Part shown: positions 32,668 through 43,027 of the stretch, piece by piece
Layout: the number at the start of each line of letters is the position of its first letter
How positions within the stretch are numbered: position 1 is the first letter of the stretch
IMG/VR virus record: IMGVR_UViG_3300045970_000794
Location: 124,001 to 188,000 of that record
Strand: one strand, 5' to 3'
DNA length: 64,000 bases
The notes under the pieces: model-generated
Told to the model about the DNA's origin: nothing
What the model saw: only the letters and a program-made list of their open reading frames with translations
Database searches by the model: none
Position numbers and translations under genes: made by a program

Positions 32668-35202
32668 TTACTTACTTACATTATTGTTAACTTTACCACC
32701 ACTTGAACCTTTTTTAACTTCAGTTTGAATCATTCTAGTTAAAGTCCTCATTAATACTGGATTATTCTTTAAAATATCTTCATCAAGTGTTTTACCGTCA
32801 TTACCAACTAATTCAATTCTACCAGTAATTTTAATATCATCAAATGAATGCTTTACATTAGAAGCTCCATTACTAGAATTCATTCTTTGGTCAATTGGTC
32901 CACTTGGCTTATGTCCAATAAGCGTATCTACTTTATCACTACTATCAATTGGTATTGGCATAGCAAAATCATGATACATTGGTCCATTACTACCATATTT
33001 TGTATTACCTAATGTTTGATTACGTAGTGTTTTATCTTTAGTCAATTGTTGATATGCACCAACGCCAGTACCAGCAATGCCACCAGCTAACATACCCCAT
33101 GGACCAAACATAGAAAGTGCGCTAGCACCTTTTAAAGTAGCACTATTAATACCCATTGCTTTACCACCGAAACTATCTGGGTCAAGATTACTACCAATTT
33201 CATCAGATAAAGCAGCACCAGCACCTAATCCAATAGTAGCACCAGCACCACGTAACATTGGATTTTTACCACCCCATGAATTAGCGAAACCACCCTTTGT
33301 TGCACCTTGAAACTTTGAACCAGCTGGTATTTTACCACTAAAATTTTGTTGTGCACCATTTTTATAATAACCAGCGTTAGTACTTTTTCTATACATACTA
33401 GGACCGCTAGTACCACCACCACCACTACTACCACCACCAGGCATACTAGGACCATATCCACCACCTCCACCACCACGAGCAACTGAATTAAATCCTATAC
33501 CCAATGCAACTCCATTTGCAATCCAAGTGGCAGCTTTTAATGCAGCCCATCCACCAAGAATTACACCTATTGATAATAATGGACTTTTAGCTAATTGGTC
33601 GATAGCCCATTTTAAACCATCACCAATTTTTTGAGCAACGCTAAATAGCTTCTCAAAACTGCCTTTTTTACCCCAGTCGGTGAATTTCTTCATCGCACCA
33701 CCTAAACCCTCAAAAATACCTTTTATTGCGGGTAATAATGCTGTTTTAAATGTGTTAACAATATTAGCCCATTGTTCATCAAAATCTTTAGACGATTCAG
33801 CTCTAGATGCTATTGATTCTTTTTCATCCTTATAAGCCTTAATTTGCTCTTTAGTCAACGTATTAATTAATTGTTCTGGTTTACCACCAACCGAAATAAC
33901 GAAACCTTTTTTATCTTTACTCCAAGTAGCGGTACTTTCAATAAACTCTTTAGCACCTTTGTCACCTCTAATTGTTGGATTAATATCCATATCAATTGAT
34001 TTAGTCATAGCCATTCTATGAGCAATCTCACTTAATTCTTCAAAAGGAATATTAGTCGCTTTAGCAACTTCTCTTAATCTACTTAATTCTAATGCTGATT
34101 TATCAACTTCACCAGTTACTCTATTAAATCTAAAGGTACCAGCAGTTGCTTCACCAATTGATTTAGTAAATGATTCCATATCATTTCTAGCTTCATACAT
34201 TAATCTAAATGGGTCAGCCAATTGAGCCCAAGCACCACCTAATGTTTGTAATGTAGCAGCCGCTTCAACAGCACCTTCTGGATTTGAAACTTGTGCAGCA
34301 AACCCAGCAATACTTTGCATATTGATTTTAAGTTTTTCGGAATAAGCAGTCATTTCAATCACACCACTAATTCCTTTCTTGAAATTATATGTTTGAGCTA
34401 ATTTAAGATTTTGTTGAAGGCTTTTCAATACTTTACTAGCATTCATACCCATTTTGTGAGCTAAATCAACGGTTTCTTGTACTTTATCTCTAGCACCTAC
34501 AACACTAATACCGAACATATCCATTGATGATGCCATTTGAGCTGCACCTTCAGCACCAAGAGTAGTACCCTCGGCCATTTCTGACATAGCAATTAAACCT
34601 TGTTGAGATAAAACAACCATTCTACCAATACTTTCACTGTAATTGGCTTGCATTTTAGCTAAATCAGCCGCAGAACTACCTAAAATATTAGTTTGTAAAG
34701 CCGCCTTTGTAATATTATTCCAATAATCCCTTGATGTTGATTTAAGGATACCCATATTAAGGGCCGACATTTTAATCGCTTTATCCTGTTCAACATACCA
34801 TTTCCAATTAGCCTTACCACTTTTAACTAAACTATTACCAGCGGCAACAATTAGATTAGTAGCATTTAATTGTGATGATATTAATTTAGATTTTTCTCGA
34901 TAAGTTGCAATATCTTCTTGTTGGAGCTTAATCTTTCGTTTAAGTAATATTAATTGCTGTTCATCCTGTACACTTAATGTATTATTATTAGCGAGTTTTT
35001 TATTTTCTAATCTAGCCTCTTCTTGTCTTAGTTTTAATATTTGTTTTTCAACAAAAGCAATACTAGCCGACAATTTATGCATATCTTTATAAACTTCCAC
35101 TGAGCCTTGAAGTGAACTTCTAACCTTTTCAGCGGCAGTTTGCATTGCCCGTTGATTTTGTAAATATTCCTCTAATTCTTTCGATAAAGTACGTCTAGCC
35201 AT
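32668..35202 (-). CDS. Tape measure protein
   Basis: 844-aa helical Ala-rich protein with an N-terminal coiled coil and a Gly-rich hydrophobic C-terminal half. Lies downstream of the tube and chaperone genes and upstream of the baseplate genes. Confidence 0.72.
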   Translation of the reverse strand: MARRTLSKELEEYLQNQRAMQTAAEKVRSSLQGSVEVYKDMHKLSASIAFVEKQILKLRQEEARLENKKLANNNTLSVQDEQQLILLKRKIKLQQEDIATYREKSKLISSQLNATNLIVAAGNSLVKSGKANWKWYVEQDKAIKMSALNMGILKSTSRDYWNNITKAALQTNILGSSAADLAKMQANYSESIGRMVVLSQQGLIAMSEMAEGTTLGAEGAAQMASSMDMFGISVVGARDKVQETVDLAHKMGMNASKVLKSLQQNLKLAQTYNFKKGISGVIEMTAYSEKLKINMQSIAGFAAQVSNPEGAVEAAATLQTLGGAWAQLADPFRLMYEARNDMESFTKSIGEATAGTFRFNRVTGEVDKSALELSRLREVAKATNIPFEELSEIAHRMAMTKSIDMDINPTIRGDKGAKEFIESTATWSKDKKGFVISVGGKPEQLINTLTKEQIKAYKDEKESIASRAESSKDFDEQWANIVNTFKTALLPAIKGIFEGLGGAMKKFTDWGKKGSFEKLFSVAQKIGDGLKWAIDQLAKSPLLSIGVILGGWAALKAATWIANGVALGIGFNSVARGGGGGGYGPSMPGGGSSGGGGTSGPSMYRKSTNAGYYKNGAQQNFSGKIPAGSKFQGATKGGFANSWGGKNPMLRGAGATIGLGAGAALSDEIGSNLDPDSFGGKAMGINSATLKGASALSMFGPWGMLAGGIAGTGVGAYQQLTKDKTLRNQTLGNTKYGSNGPMYHDFAMPIPIDSSDKVDTLIGHKPSGPIDQRMNSSNGASNVKHSFDDIKITGRIELVGNDGKTLDEDILKNNPVLMRTLTRMIQTEVKKGSSGGKVNNNVSK

Positions 35203-35204
35203 AA

Positions 35205-36356
35205 TTAATTAATATTTAAAATACTGATTTTAACAGCATTGCCGTTATTTAATGATTTTTTATAATTAAGTCTATCTTCACCTTGTGGTAATAGATAAGC
35301 TTTTACTGATAAATCTTCAGTATTTACTCTTGGTTTGAAGTTACTTCCATAAAATAAGGCAATTACTTCATCATTTGCATTATTAGTTACTGCGATGTAA
35401 TTACGTTTAGCATTTATAGTACCAACCAATGTCTTATCCTTAGCCAATAAATCAGTACCATTTTCATCTTTTATTGAATCATCAATTAATTTAAATTTGA
35501 TATTACCACCTGTTAAATATTCATTATGTCCTTCTTTTGATACTCTATCAACATGTGCACCATATTTCGATAAAATATCATCCATAACGGCATATCCTTT
35601 TGGGAAGAAGAAGAAATTATTCATATTAAATAATCCTGGTGTAAATTCAGCACTTTTAAGGATTTGCACTATTCTTTCATCCCATTTAAAAATTAAATTA
35701 CGCCTTTTGTTTCTAAGTTGAGCTTTAACTTCTTCAGATTTATTGAAAACTGCCTTTATTTCTTCATTATTTAAAGGTTCTGTTTTAACTTCTTCATAAT
35801 CGGTATCAATAGTATCATTTGGTTGATTTTCATCACCATTTGATGGTAATCTTCTAACTGATATATCACCATGGATTTCGAATGTTAGGAAATCTGGTAC
35901 TAATTTGTTTCTACCATATTTAATTTCTTTTGATTCTGGATTATAGTTGCTAACACTAAGGCAATTTAACCTACATGATGATGCGGTAACAACTATTGAA
36001 TTTTGAAAAGGAATACCAATTAATGTTTTAGGTTCTAAGATTGGTGAACCAGAGTTTTGTGTATAATCAACCGAAACAATAGCCAAAACTAGCATATTAT
36101 TCAATTCATCAACGTCAACAACAATAGTTCCGTAGGTTACAACGCTTTCTTCAATAATTTTATTTTCATTATCCGTTTTACCGAATAATAAAAGTAAGCC
36201 AGTATTAACCTTAGCATTTTTAAGTGATTTTGAAAATTCTTGTCCTAATTTTTCACTGAAATCCTTAATATTCTTCTTTTTAGCTTCATCAGCCTCAAAT
36301 ATGAAGAAATTTTCCATAATCTCACGCTGATTTTCGGTTATAATTACTCTTTTCAT
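35205..36356 (-). CDS. Hypothetical protein with an N-terminal KRVIITENQ motif
   Basis: 383 aa, own ATATTTAT motif upstream. Confidence 0.5.
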   Translation of the reverse strand: MKRVIITENQREIMENFFIFEADEAKKKNIKDFSEKLGQEFSKSLKNAKVNTGLLLLFGKTDNENKIIEESVVTYGTIVVDVDELNNMLVLAIVSVDYTQNSGSPILEPKTLIGIPFQNSIVVTASSCRLNCLSVSNYNPESKEIKYGRNKLVPDFLTFEIHGDISVRRLPSNGDENQPNDTIDTDYEEVKTEPLNNEEIKAVFNKSEEVKAQLRNKRRNLIFKWDERIVQILKSAEFTPGLFNMNNFFFFPKGYAVMDDILSKYGAHVDRVSKEGHNEYLTGGNIKFKLIDDSIKDENGTDLLAKDKTLVGTINAKRNYIAVTNNANDEVIALFYGSNFKPRVNTEDLSVKAYLLPQGEDRLNYKKSLNNGNAVKISILNIN

Positions 36357-36390
36357 ATAAATTAATATTTAATAATAAATATTCAGTAAT

Positions 36391-36696
36391 TTATATTTTA
36401 CCAGAATATTCTTTAACTGCATTACCAGATATTTTACGAGTTCTTTTACCTTTACCAGTTTGTGATGACTGTGAATCCCTAGCTTCTTGCATTTTCTCTT
36501 TTTGCATAGTATTTTCACGCCTTAGAGTGTCAATAAAGAACCTACGTTCATATGTTGGTATGTTCATAGCATCATTATAAGTACAATTCATGTGTTTAAT
36601 CATCACATAAACCTCTTCTAATAACGGTATCTTAAAAGCTGAAGTCAGGCCAAAAAAAGTTGATGTTAAGGGGAAGAAAGGACTTAATGGACTCAC
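36391..36696 (-). CDS. Tail assembly chaperone second segment (gp51/GT-like); possible frameshift product
   Basis: CTYNDAMNIPTYERRFFI motif. Overlaps 36632..37837 in the +1 frame. The first ATG is only at 36603. Confidence 0.55.
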   Translation of the reverse strand: MSPLSPFFPLTSTFFGLTSAFKIPLLEEVYVMIKHMNCTYNDAMNIPTYERRFFIDTLRRENTMQKEKMQEARDSQSSQTGKGKRTRKISGNAVKEYSGKI

Positions 36697-37837
36697 CCCC
36701 AGGAGTCCTAATATCGATTCTTAAATCAATACCACTTTCAATTTCATCAACATATTTTCTAAACGGTCTGGAATCACCAACTCTCATAGATAATATTTCT
36801 TGGCGTATGAACTCTGGGTCCCTATTACCGTCAATTTCTAATATTTGTCTATCAAGTCTATGAGTTAATGAATTTGCGAACTCTAAATTCAATACATTTA
36901 ATTCATAATCTTCAATAGCAGCCAATTCTTCAATATCTCTAACGGTTAATAATCTAAATTTAATAACTCGGTGAGATTCTTCCAATGTATAAGTAAATAA
37001 TCCATGTGCATCTGGTTCAGCACCTAAATTTTTGATTTTCAATGTTGATAAATCAACTTCATAAACCCAAGGTTCACCAGTTACTTTATCTATTATTATT
37101 TGCCCTGTTGCTGGGTCAATAACATTAATTGGGTACATTACACCATAGCTAGTTGCTCTAAGCCATATCATAATAGCATTTCTGTCACCCATATGAAGGT
37201 CTTTTGGGTCAATATCTTCCAATATTTTTCTACGTAATAATGTTTCGAACCAATCACCACTTTCCAATATGTTTGGTGATGTTAAAAGGTTTTCATCTGA
37301 TGCGTTAAGATATGCAACTTTGAATCTATTTTTTCTAAACGGATATATTTTACCGTCTGATGGTATTGGAATTAAATCATATTGCACGTTTTGTGGTTCA
37401 ACAACTGGTCTATATCCAGCTGGTGCTGGTGTAGTTGCTGGCATTCTAACAGGGCTTGATGGTTGATAACTCTGTGGTGCTTGATATGATTCTTTATTTT
37501 GATATTCGGTTCTATTAGTCATTGTTTCTAGATTTTTACTTTGTTTCAAGTAATATTCACGTTCAGCATCGGCCGCTTTACCTAATTCTTCACGTCTAGC
37601 CATTGCTATTCTTTTTTCTTCAGCGAAGCGTGCTTCACGTTCAGCTAATTGTTGTTCAGTACGTCTACGCATTTCATCAGCAGCAGCTACTTCACCTGGT
37701 GGTGGTGTTACCATATTATCGTGCTTTTTAATCATTGCTTCTGCATTAGCTTTATTCATTGCTTCTGAATATGCATTAGCCGCTTCAATTTGTTCCTTAG
37801 TTGGAAAAACATTCAATTTGTTGGTATTTTCATCCAT
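36632..37837 (-). CDS. Baseplate hub assembly protein / tail chaperone (T4 gp26-like) with a long N-terminal extension
   Basis: LIPIPSDGKIY, YLNASDENLLTSPN, DRNAIMIWLRATSYG and PLNINFFWPD. Confidence 0.7.
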   Translation of the reverse strand: MDENTNKLNVFPTKEQIEAANAYSEAMNKANAEAMIKKHDNMVTPPPGEVAAADEMRRRTEQQLAEREARFAEEKRIAMARREELGKAADAEREYYLKQSKNLETMTNRTEYQNKESYQAPQSYQPSSPVRMPATTPAPAGYRPVVEPQNVQYDLIPIPSDGKIYPFRKNRFKVAYLNASDENLLTSPNILESGDWFETLLRRKILEDIDPKDLHMGDRNAIMIWLRATSYGVMYPINVIDPATGQIIIDKVTGEPWVYEVDLSTLKIKNLGAEPDAHGLFTYTLEESHRVIKFRLLTVRDIEELAAIEDYELNVLNLEFANSLTHRLDRQILEIDGNRDPEFIRQEILSMRVGDSRPFRKYVDEIESGIDLRIDIRTPGGESIKSFLPLNINFFWPDFSF

Positions 37838-37906
37838 TTCTATTAATTTTTTAAAAACTTGTTATATTTATAATATTATAACAATAAATATGACAAAGTA
37901 AATTTT

Positions 37907-38344
37907 ATGAAAAAAGTAAATCGGAATTATTGGAATAAAGAAAATTGTACAATTGAAGCTAGAAAATATAAAACTAGATTAGAATTTCAAAAATCATGTA
38001 GTGGTGGTTATAAATATTGTTTGAGGTATGGTATAATTGATGAAGAAAATATTGTTAGTTTTATTAAATTTATGAGTTCTCATAATATAAATGATAGTCG
38101 TGAAATTAATACTGAAATGTGGAATCAATTCATGGAAGAAACAAATCATACAATTGAAGATGTTAGAGAACTTTTAGAAGAGGCTGGTGATTGTATCAAC
38201 ATACCAGATTTAATGGATTTTATTGATGATTTCGATAATATAATATTAACTGGTGGTGGTATTAATGAATGTTTAAAGGAAGTAGAACTAGCTTTATTAG
38301 CTTTAAATAAACCATATTCACTTTTAAAACAATATACGTATTAA
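37907..38344 (+). pseudogene. Chimeric ORF: endonuclease-associated repeat fused to the C-terminal half of a cysteine-hydrolase-like protein
   Basis: N-terminal WNKENCTIEARKYKTRLEFQKSCSGGYKYC resembles a homing-endonuclease helical repeat. C-terminal IILTGGGINECLKEVELAL resembles the isochorismatase-like catalytic Cys segment, but the N-terminal Asp-bearing part is missing. Confidence 0.4.
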
Positions 38345-38346
38345 AA

Positions 38347-39234
38347 TTATAAATTTAATTCCTTTTTTAGCCGTATAATTACGGATTCTGTGTTTTTATT
38401 AATGTCAGACTCCCAGAAACGTAATAATTTATAATTATGTTCTTCAGCTATTCTATTTTTACGAATATCATTACCAACAGTTTTAATTTGAATTGGGTAT
38501 ATTGGTATATTATGAATACTGTTTGGATTACAGTGGTGAAAATCCCCATCAACCTCAATTATAATATTTTTATTAATAATTAAAAAATCAAAAATAGCTG
38601 AACTAACTTGATATTGGTATTTATAGTCAATATTTTCAATTAACCCTAACTCATTTAATATATTTTGAAAATCGGACTCTAATTTAGTTTTTTTATTTCT
38701 ATAATTGTTTTGAATTAATCTAGTGATTAATCTTTTTGATTGTTTCTCACGTTCATCTGGATTAGCCCATCTTAACTCAGCCGCAGCTTGTATATTAATT
38801 TTATGCTCTTCACTTTTAGAAACACCTAATAATTTTTTTGAAATATTATTTCCACGCTCTGGATTAGCCATCACTTTATCAATATTATCTCTAACTCGTG
38901 AATCATCAATTGTAAGTCCCTTATTCCAGATTTGCAATTCACCAGTATCATGCATTTTTTTCTGTGTTTCGTGTGATTTACGATTAGCTTCTGGATTATG
39001 ACCCCAATTATTACTAACTCTAGATGCATGGCCACGAATATATTCAACAAATCCTTTTTCTATCGAGAGGAAATTAGGCTTTTCACCACATCCACATTTA
39101 CATGTTGGTGGAATACCATTTAAATTATAATCAATATATGTTTGCTCAGTATTAATATTGTGCTTTTGTGAACGATGTCTTCTTAATGAATCTAATGTCT
39201 CAAATTCTCTATTACATTCTTTACAATTTATCAT
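38347..39234 (-). mobile_element. Homing-endonuclease-like protein: C2H2 zinc finger, NUMOD3-like repeats and a Vsr/DUF559-type nuclease domain
   Basis: CKECNREFETLDSLRRHRSQKH, CKCGCG, KSEEHKINI and FDFLI...IIEVDGDFHH...NDIRKN...LLRFWE. Confidence 0.7.
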
Positions 39235-39357
39235 AAAATAAAAATTCTTTTAATATATCCGTTATTATACAAATATACTAAAAGAATTTAATAAGTCAAC
39301 CATTTGACCAAGCTATTTTTTATAAAAAATTATAAGTGCTTGATAATCAAATAAAAA

Positions 39358-39846
39358 TCAAAATAAAAGTATTGCTCTATCAAATCTCAAAGTAGCGGTA
39401 ATATCTGCAATTGAATCATCGTCCATCGCTAAATCACCAAAGTTAACGTTTGTTAACATAGTACCATCAAGTAACCATTTTTCAATTACAACACCAGTTG
39501 GGTCAAGCATTTCAACTTCAACTTGTTTTTTGTAACCAGCGGCATAACCTTGACGGCCAGTGATTGATTCTGAATGAAGACGAACCCATTCCATGATTGC
39601 TTGTGATGCAGAAGGTCCAATAGGGTCACGGAAGGTAACATCTATAGTCGACCATCTAAATCTACCAATAACCCATGTTGATGTGTTAAGGAAAGGTATT
39701 TCAACTTCATCTTGTTCGATTGAAGGCCTAGCAGCGTTTTGTAACCACCATTCTTGAATTCCAAGTTCATCAGGAAATCTAATAAGCCATCTATTCTTTT
39801 TCTTAGGCTCATATGGTAGGGGCATTTTCATTAGTAAATCAGCCAT
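39358..39846 (-). CDS. Tail tube protein (T4 gp19-like)
   Basis: EPKKKNRWLIRF, AARPSIEQDEVEIPFLN, LDPTGVVIEKWLL and ATLRFDRA. Confidence 0.88.
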   Translation of the reverse strand: MADLLMKMPLPYEPKKKNRWLIRFPDELGIQEWWLQNAARPSIEQDEVEIPFLNTSTWVIGRFRWSTIDVTFRDPIGPSASQAIMEWVRLHSESITGRQGYAAGYKKQVEVEMLDPTGVVIEKWLLDGTMLTNVNFGDLAMDDDSIADITATLRFDRAILLF

Positions 39847-39972
39847 AATTTTTGTTTTTTTAAATATTAAAATATTATATTATACTAATAAATATACTAT
39901 AATTAAAAAATTTAAATAAATATGTAAATTTTATGTGTGAAAGGTATATTTCAATATATTTATTTACATAAA

Positions 39973-40004
39973 CTTGTATATTTAAAAATTATTTATTATC
40001 TTTG
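39973..40004 (+). promoter_or_regulatory. Bacteroidota-type promoter for the endonuclease gene
   Basis: CTTG (39973-39976), 20-nt spacer, TATCTTTG (39997-40004), 15 nt before the ATG at 40020. Confidence 0.55.
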
Positions 40005-40019
40005 TAAAAAATTAAATAA

Positions 40020-41651
40020 ATGGAAAAATTCAAATTAAATGATTTTATTCTAAAAGCTAAAACCATTCATGGTGATAAATATGATTACTCTATCACAAAA
40101 TATCGTAATATAACATCAAAAGTTAAAATAATATGTCCGATACATGGTGAGGTTGAATTAGTTGCTAGAGAACATCTTTATAATAAAATTGGATGTCCAA
40201 AATGTTATAGTAAATTCAATGATATTGAATTAGTAATAAATGAAGCTAATTTGATTCATGGTGATAAATATGATTATTCATTAGTTAATTATATTAATAA
40301 AAAAACTAAAGTTAAAATAATTTGCCCAATACATGGTGAATTTGAACAATTATTACATTCACATGTGAACAATAAACAAGGTTGTCCAAAATGTAGTGGT
40401 AATAAACGATTAACAACTAATGATTTTATTGAAAAAGCTAAAACTATTCATGGTACTAAATACGATTATTCATTAGTTGAATATGTTAATAATTTAACTA
40501 AAGTTAAAATTATATGTCCAATCCATGGTGAATTCGAACAATCACCATCAAATCATTTAATTGGTAGGGGTTGCAAAATATGTGGTAATATTAAATTATC
40601 AGAATTTAGAACTAAAACTAGTGATGAATTTATATCTGAGGCTAATAAAATTCATAATAATAAGTACATATATAATTTAACTGAATATATTGATTGTAAA
40701 AATAAAGTTAAAATAATATGCCCAGTACATGGCGAATTTGAACAAACACCAGATGCCCATATAAATGGTAAACAAGGTTGTCCGAAATGTTCAACAACCA
40801 ATAGCCAACCTGAAGAAGAAATTAATGATTTTATATTTTCATTGGGTATTGAAACTGTTAGACATGATAAAAAAATCCTTAATGGTAAAGAGTTAGATAT
40901 CCTAATACCATCACATAATATAGCTATCGAATTTGATGGACTATATTGGCATTCTGAATTATATGTATCATCTGATTATCATTTATCAAAAACAAATTTA
41001 TGTATAAAAAATGGTATTCAATTAATTCATATATTCGAGGATGAATGGATGTATAGAAAAGAAATAGTTAAAAGTAGATTAAAAAATATATTGGGGTTAA
41101 CCGAAAATAAGGTGTTTGCTAGGAAATGTGAGGTTAAAGAGATTCCACCCAAAATTGCAAAATCATTTCTTAACAATAATCATATTCAAGGATATACTAA
41201 TTCTAATATTAAATTAGGATTATACCACAATAATAATTTAGTTTCTGTTATGTTATTTAATAAACCAAGAAAAGGTATTGGAAATACGGTTGATGGTTAT
41301 GAATTAAGTAGGTTTGCTAGTAAATTAGATATTAATGTGCTTGGTGGTGCATCTAAATTATTTAAATACTTCATCAGTAATTATTCAGCTAATAATGTAA
41401 TAAGTTATGCTGATAGAAGATGGTCTAATGGTAATTTATATGATAAATTAGGTTTTACTTTAAAATCTATTAATAGACCAACGTATTGGTATATATTTAA
41501 TAATAAACGTAAACATAGATTATTATTTAGAAAACAATTATTAATTAAAGATGGTTATGATAAGAACTTAACTGAGCATAGTATAATGCTCAATCGTAAA
41601 ATTTTTAGAATATATGATTGTGGTACTAAAACATATATTCTAAAATTGTAA
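40020..41651 (+). mobile_element. Homing endonuclease with four DUF723-like zinc-ribbon repeats and a Hef-like PD-(D/E)xK C-terminus
   Basis: Four copies of HGxKYxY...KVKIICPxHGE...GCPxC, then ELDILIPSHNIAIEFDGLYWHS and IYDCG. Opposite orientation to the structural operon. Confidence 0.78.
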
Positions 41652-41699
41652 GGCATTTAATTTTTTATTAATAATATTAGCTAATTTATAATTTTCATC

Positions 41700-41739
41700 T
41701 TTTATCCCATTTTTCAATTAAATTTTCCATAATTTTTTT
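41700..41739. repeat. 40-bp direct repeat, copy 1 (orphan gene start MENLIEKWDKR*)
   Basis: Identical to 42118-42157. Mini-ORF 41695..41730 on the minus strand. Confidence 0.8.
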
Positions 41740-41752
41740 CTAATACACTAAT

Positions 41753-42148
41753 TTAGCTTAATCTTGTTATATGTTTTAGATATAAAGTACATAAAAAAAT
41801 TAACGACTCAGCTTCAATATCAATCTTTTTATAATCAATATGATTACTTAAATTACTTAAATTTAAACAATCATTTAAATAGTTAATTAATTTTAACATA
41901 TTTTCTTCATCAAACATATAACTATCTGGTAATTTCAAAGCAACATCACCCCAAGTAATAATATTACCAACTAAAAGTCTATATATTGCTGGAAATACAA
42001 CTTCAGTTGTTAAATTGTTCGAACAATGTTTATCTAATAATATTTTAGCACACAATTCATAAGCACTAGCAACTTTTAGTTTTAAAACCTCATCTTTAAT
42101 TGTATTTAATACAAAAATTTTATCCCATTTTTCAATTAAATTTTCCAT
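41753..42148 (-). CDS. Hypothetical protein (131 aa; probable start MENLIEKW at 42148)
   Basis: The ORF-track start at 42235 overlaps the upstream gene. The ATG at 42148 has an A-rich leader. Confidence 0.5.
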   Translation of the reverse strand: MENLIEKWDKIFVLNTIKDEVLKLKVASAYELCAKILLDKHCSNNLTTEVVFPAIYRLLVGNIITWGDVALKLPDSYMFDEENMLKLINYLNDCLNLSNLSNHIDYKKIDIEAESLIFLCTLYLKHITRLS

Positions 42149-42157
42149 AATTTTTTT
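42118..42157. repeat. 40-bp direct repeat, copy 2 (start of the 131-aa gene)
   Basis: TTTTATCCCATTTTTCAATTAAATTTTCCATAATTTTTTT. Confidence 0.8.
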
Positions 42158-42194
42158 TATAAATAATTTAATTAAAAATCTAATAAAATAAAGA

Positions 42195-42914
42195 TTAAAT
42201 AATAATTTTTTTCTTAATTTTTTCGGATGTATCAAATATTTTGAAATCTGCTGCTGGGTAAATAATCTTCAAATACTTAAATAAATCAACGGCTGCGCTT
42301 ACATTATCTAAATCATCATCACTGAAAAAAATATTTATTTTATCATATTTTTTTTCATTTAATTTATTCATTTTACCAGTTACATAGTAATTTATCGCCA
42401 AACATTTTTTATCTTTTGACTTTTCATTACCATTCATACCAAATTTTTTATTGAATTCTGGTGATGATATTGTAAAATAAGCTTGTTTTGATAAATAACT
42501 ACTAATATCACCAACGTTTTCAATCATTTGATTAATTTCATTGATACTAAATGTTCTAAATATTAACATCATAATACCACTAGTAATTATATGTGGAGAA
42601 TGCCCCTGCATTGTTACGATAGCAAAATCATCACCATTAATTAACGTTTCTTTAATAGTAACATATGATGGACCAAATGTTTTTTCTTTAATGGCCTTTG
42701 ATAAATGTTTTAAGAAAAATGAATCCTTATGAAACTCTTCATACGAAACATCCCCTAAATCTCTTATATCTTCGTTGTATTTGATTTTTGCATACATATT
42801 GGAGTTGACATTCACTGGGACCCATCGAGTGCCTAATTTCTTCTCTAAATGAAGAACTGATGGCATGACCATTATATTATCATCCCAATCATAAATAAAA
42901 AAGTTTTTAACCAT
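42195..42914 (-). CDS. HAD-superfamily phosphatase-like protein
   Basis: DWDDN (DxD motif I), AIVT (motif II) and FFSDDD (motif IV). Confidence 0.55.
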   Translation of the reverse strand: MVKNFFIYDWDDNIMVMPSVLHLEKKLGTRWVPVNVNSNMYAKIKYNEDIRDLGDVSYEEFHKDSFFLKHLSKAIKEKTFGPSYVTIKETLINGDDFAIVTMQGHSPHIITSGIMMLIFRTFSINEINQMIENVGDISSYLSKQAYFTISSPEFNKKFGMNGNEKSKDKKCLAINYYVTGKMNKLNEKKYDKINIFFSDDDLDNVSAAVDLFKYLKIIYPAADFKIFDTSEKIKKKIII

Positions 42915-42940
42915 ATTTGTTTAAAATTTTAATTTAATGA

Positions 42941-42972
42941 CAAATATAACAATAAAAATGTTGATTTGCAAG
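42941..42972 (-). promoter_or_regulatory. Bacteroidota-type promoter
   Basis: Minus strand: CTTG (42969-42972), 20-nt spacer, TATATTTG (42941-42948), just after the sheath terminator. Confidence 0.55.
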
Positions 42973-42981
42973 TATTTAAAC

Positions 42982-43009
42982 AAAAAAAGCGGACAATCGC
43001 CCGCTTTTC
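42982..43009 (-). terminator. Intrinsic terminator after the sheath gene
   Basis: Minus strand: AAGCGGGC-GATT-GTCCGCTT followed by a T tract. Confidence 0.7.
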
Positions 43010-43027
43010 TCATAGTTTTATGTTATA

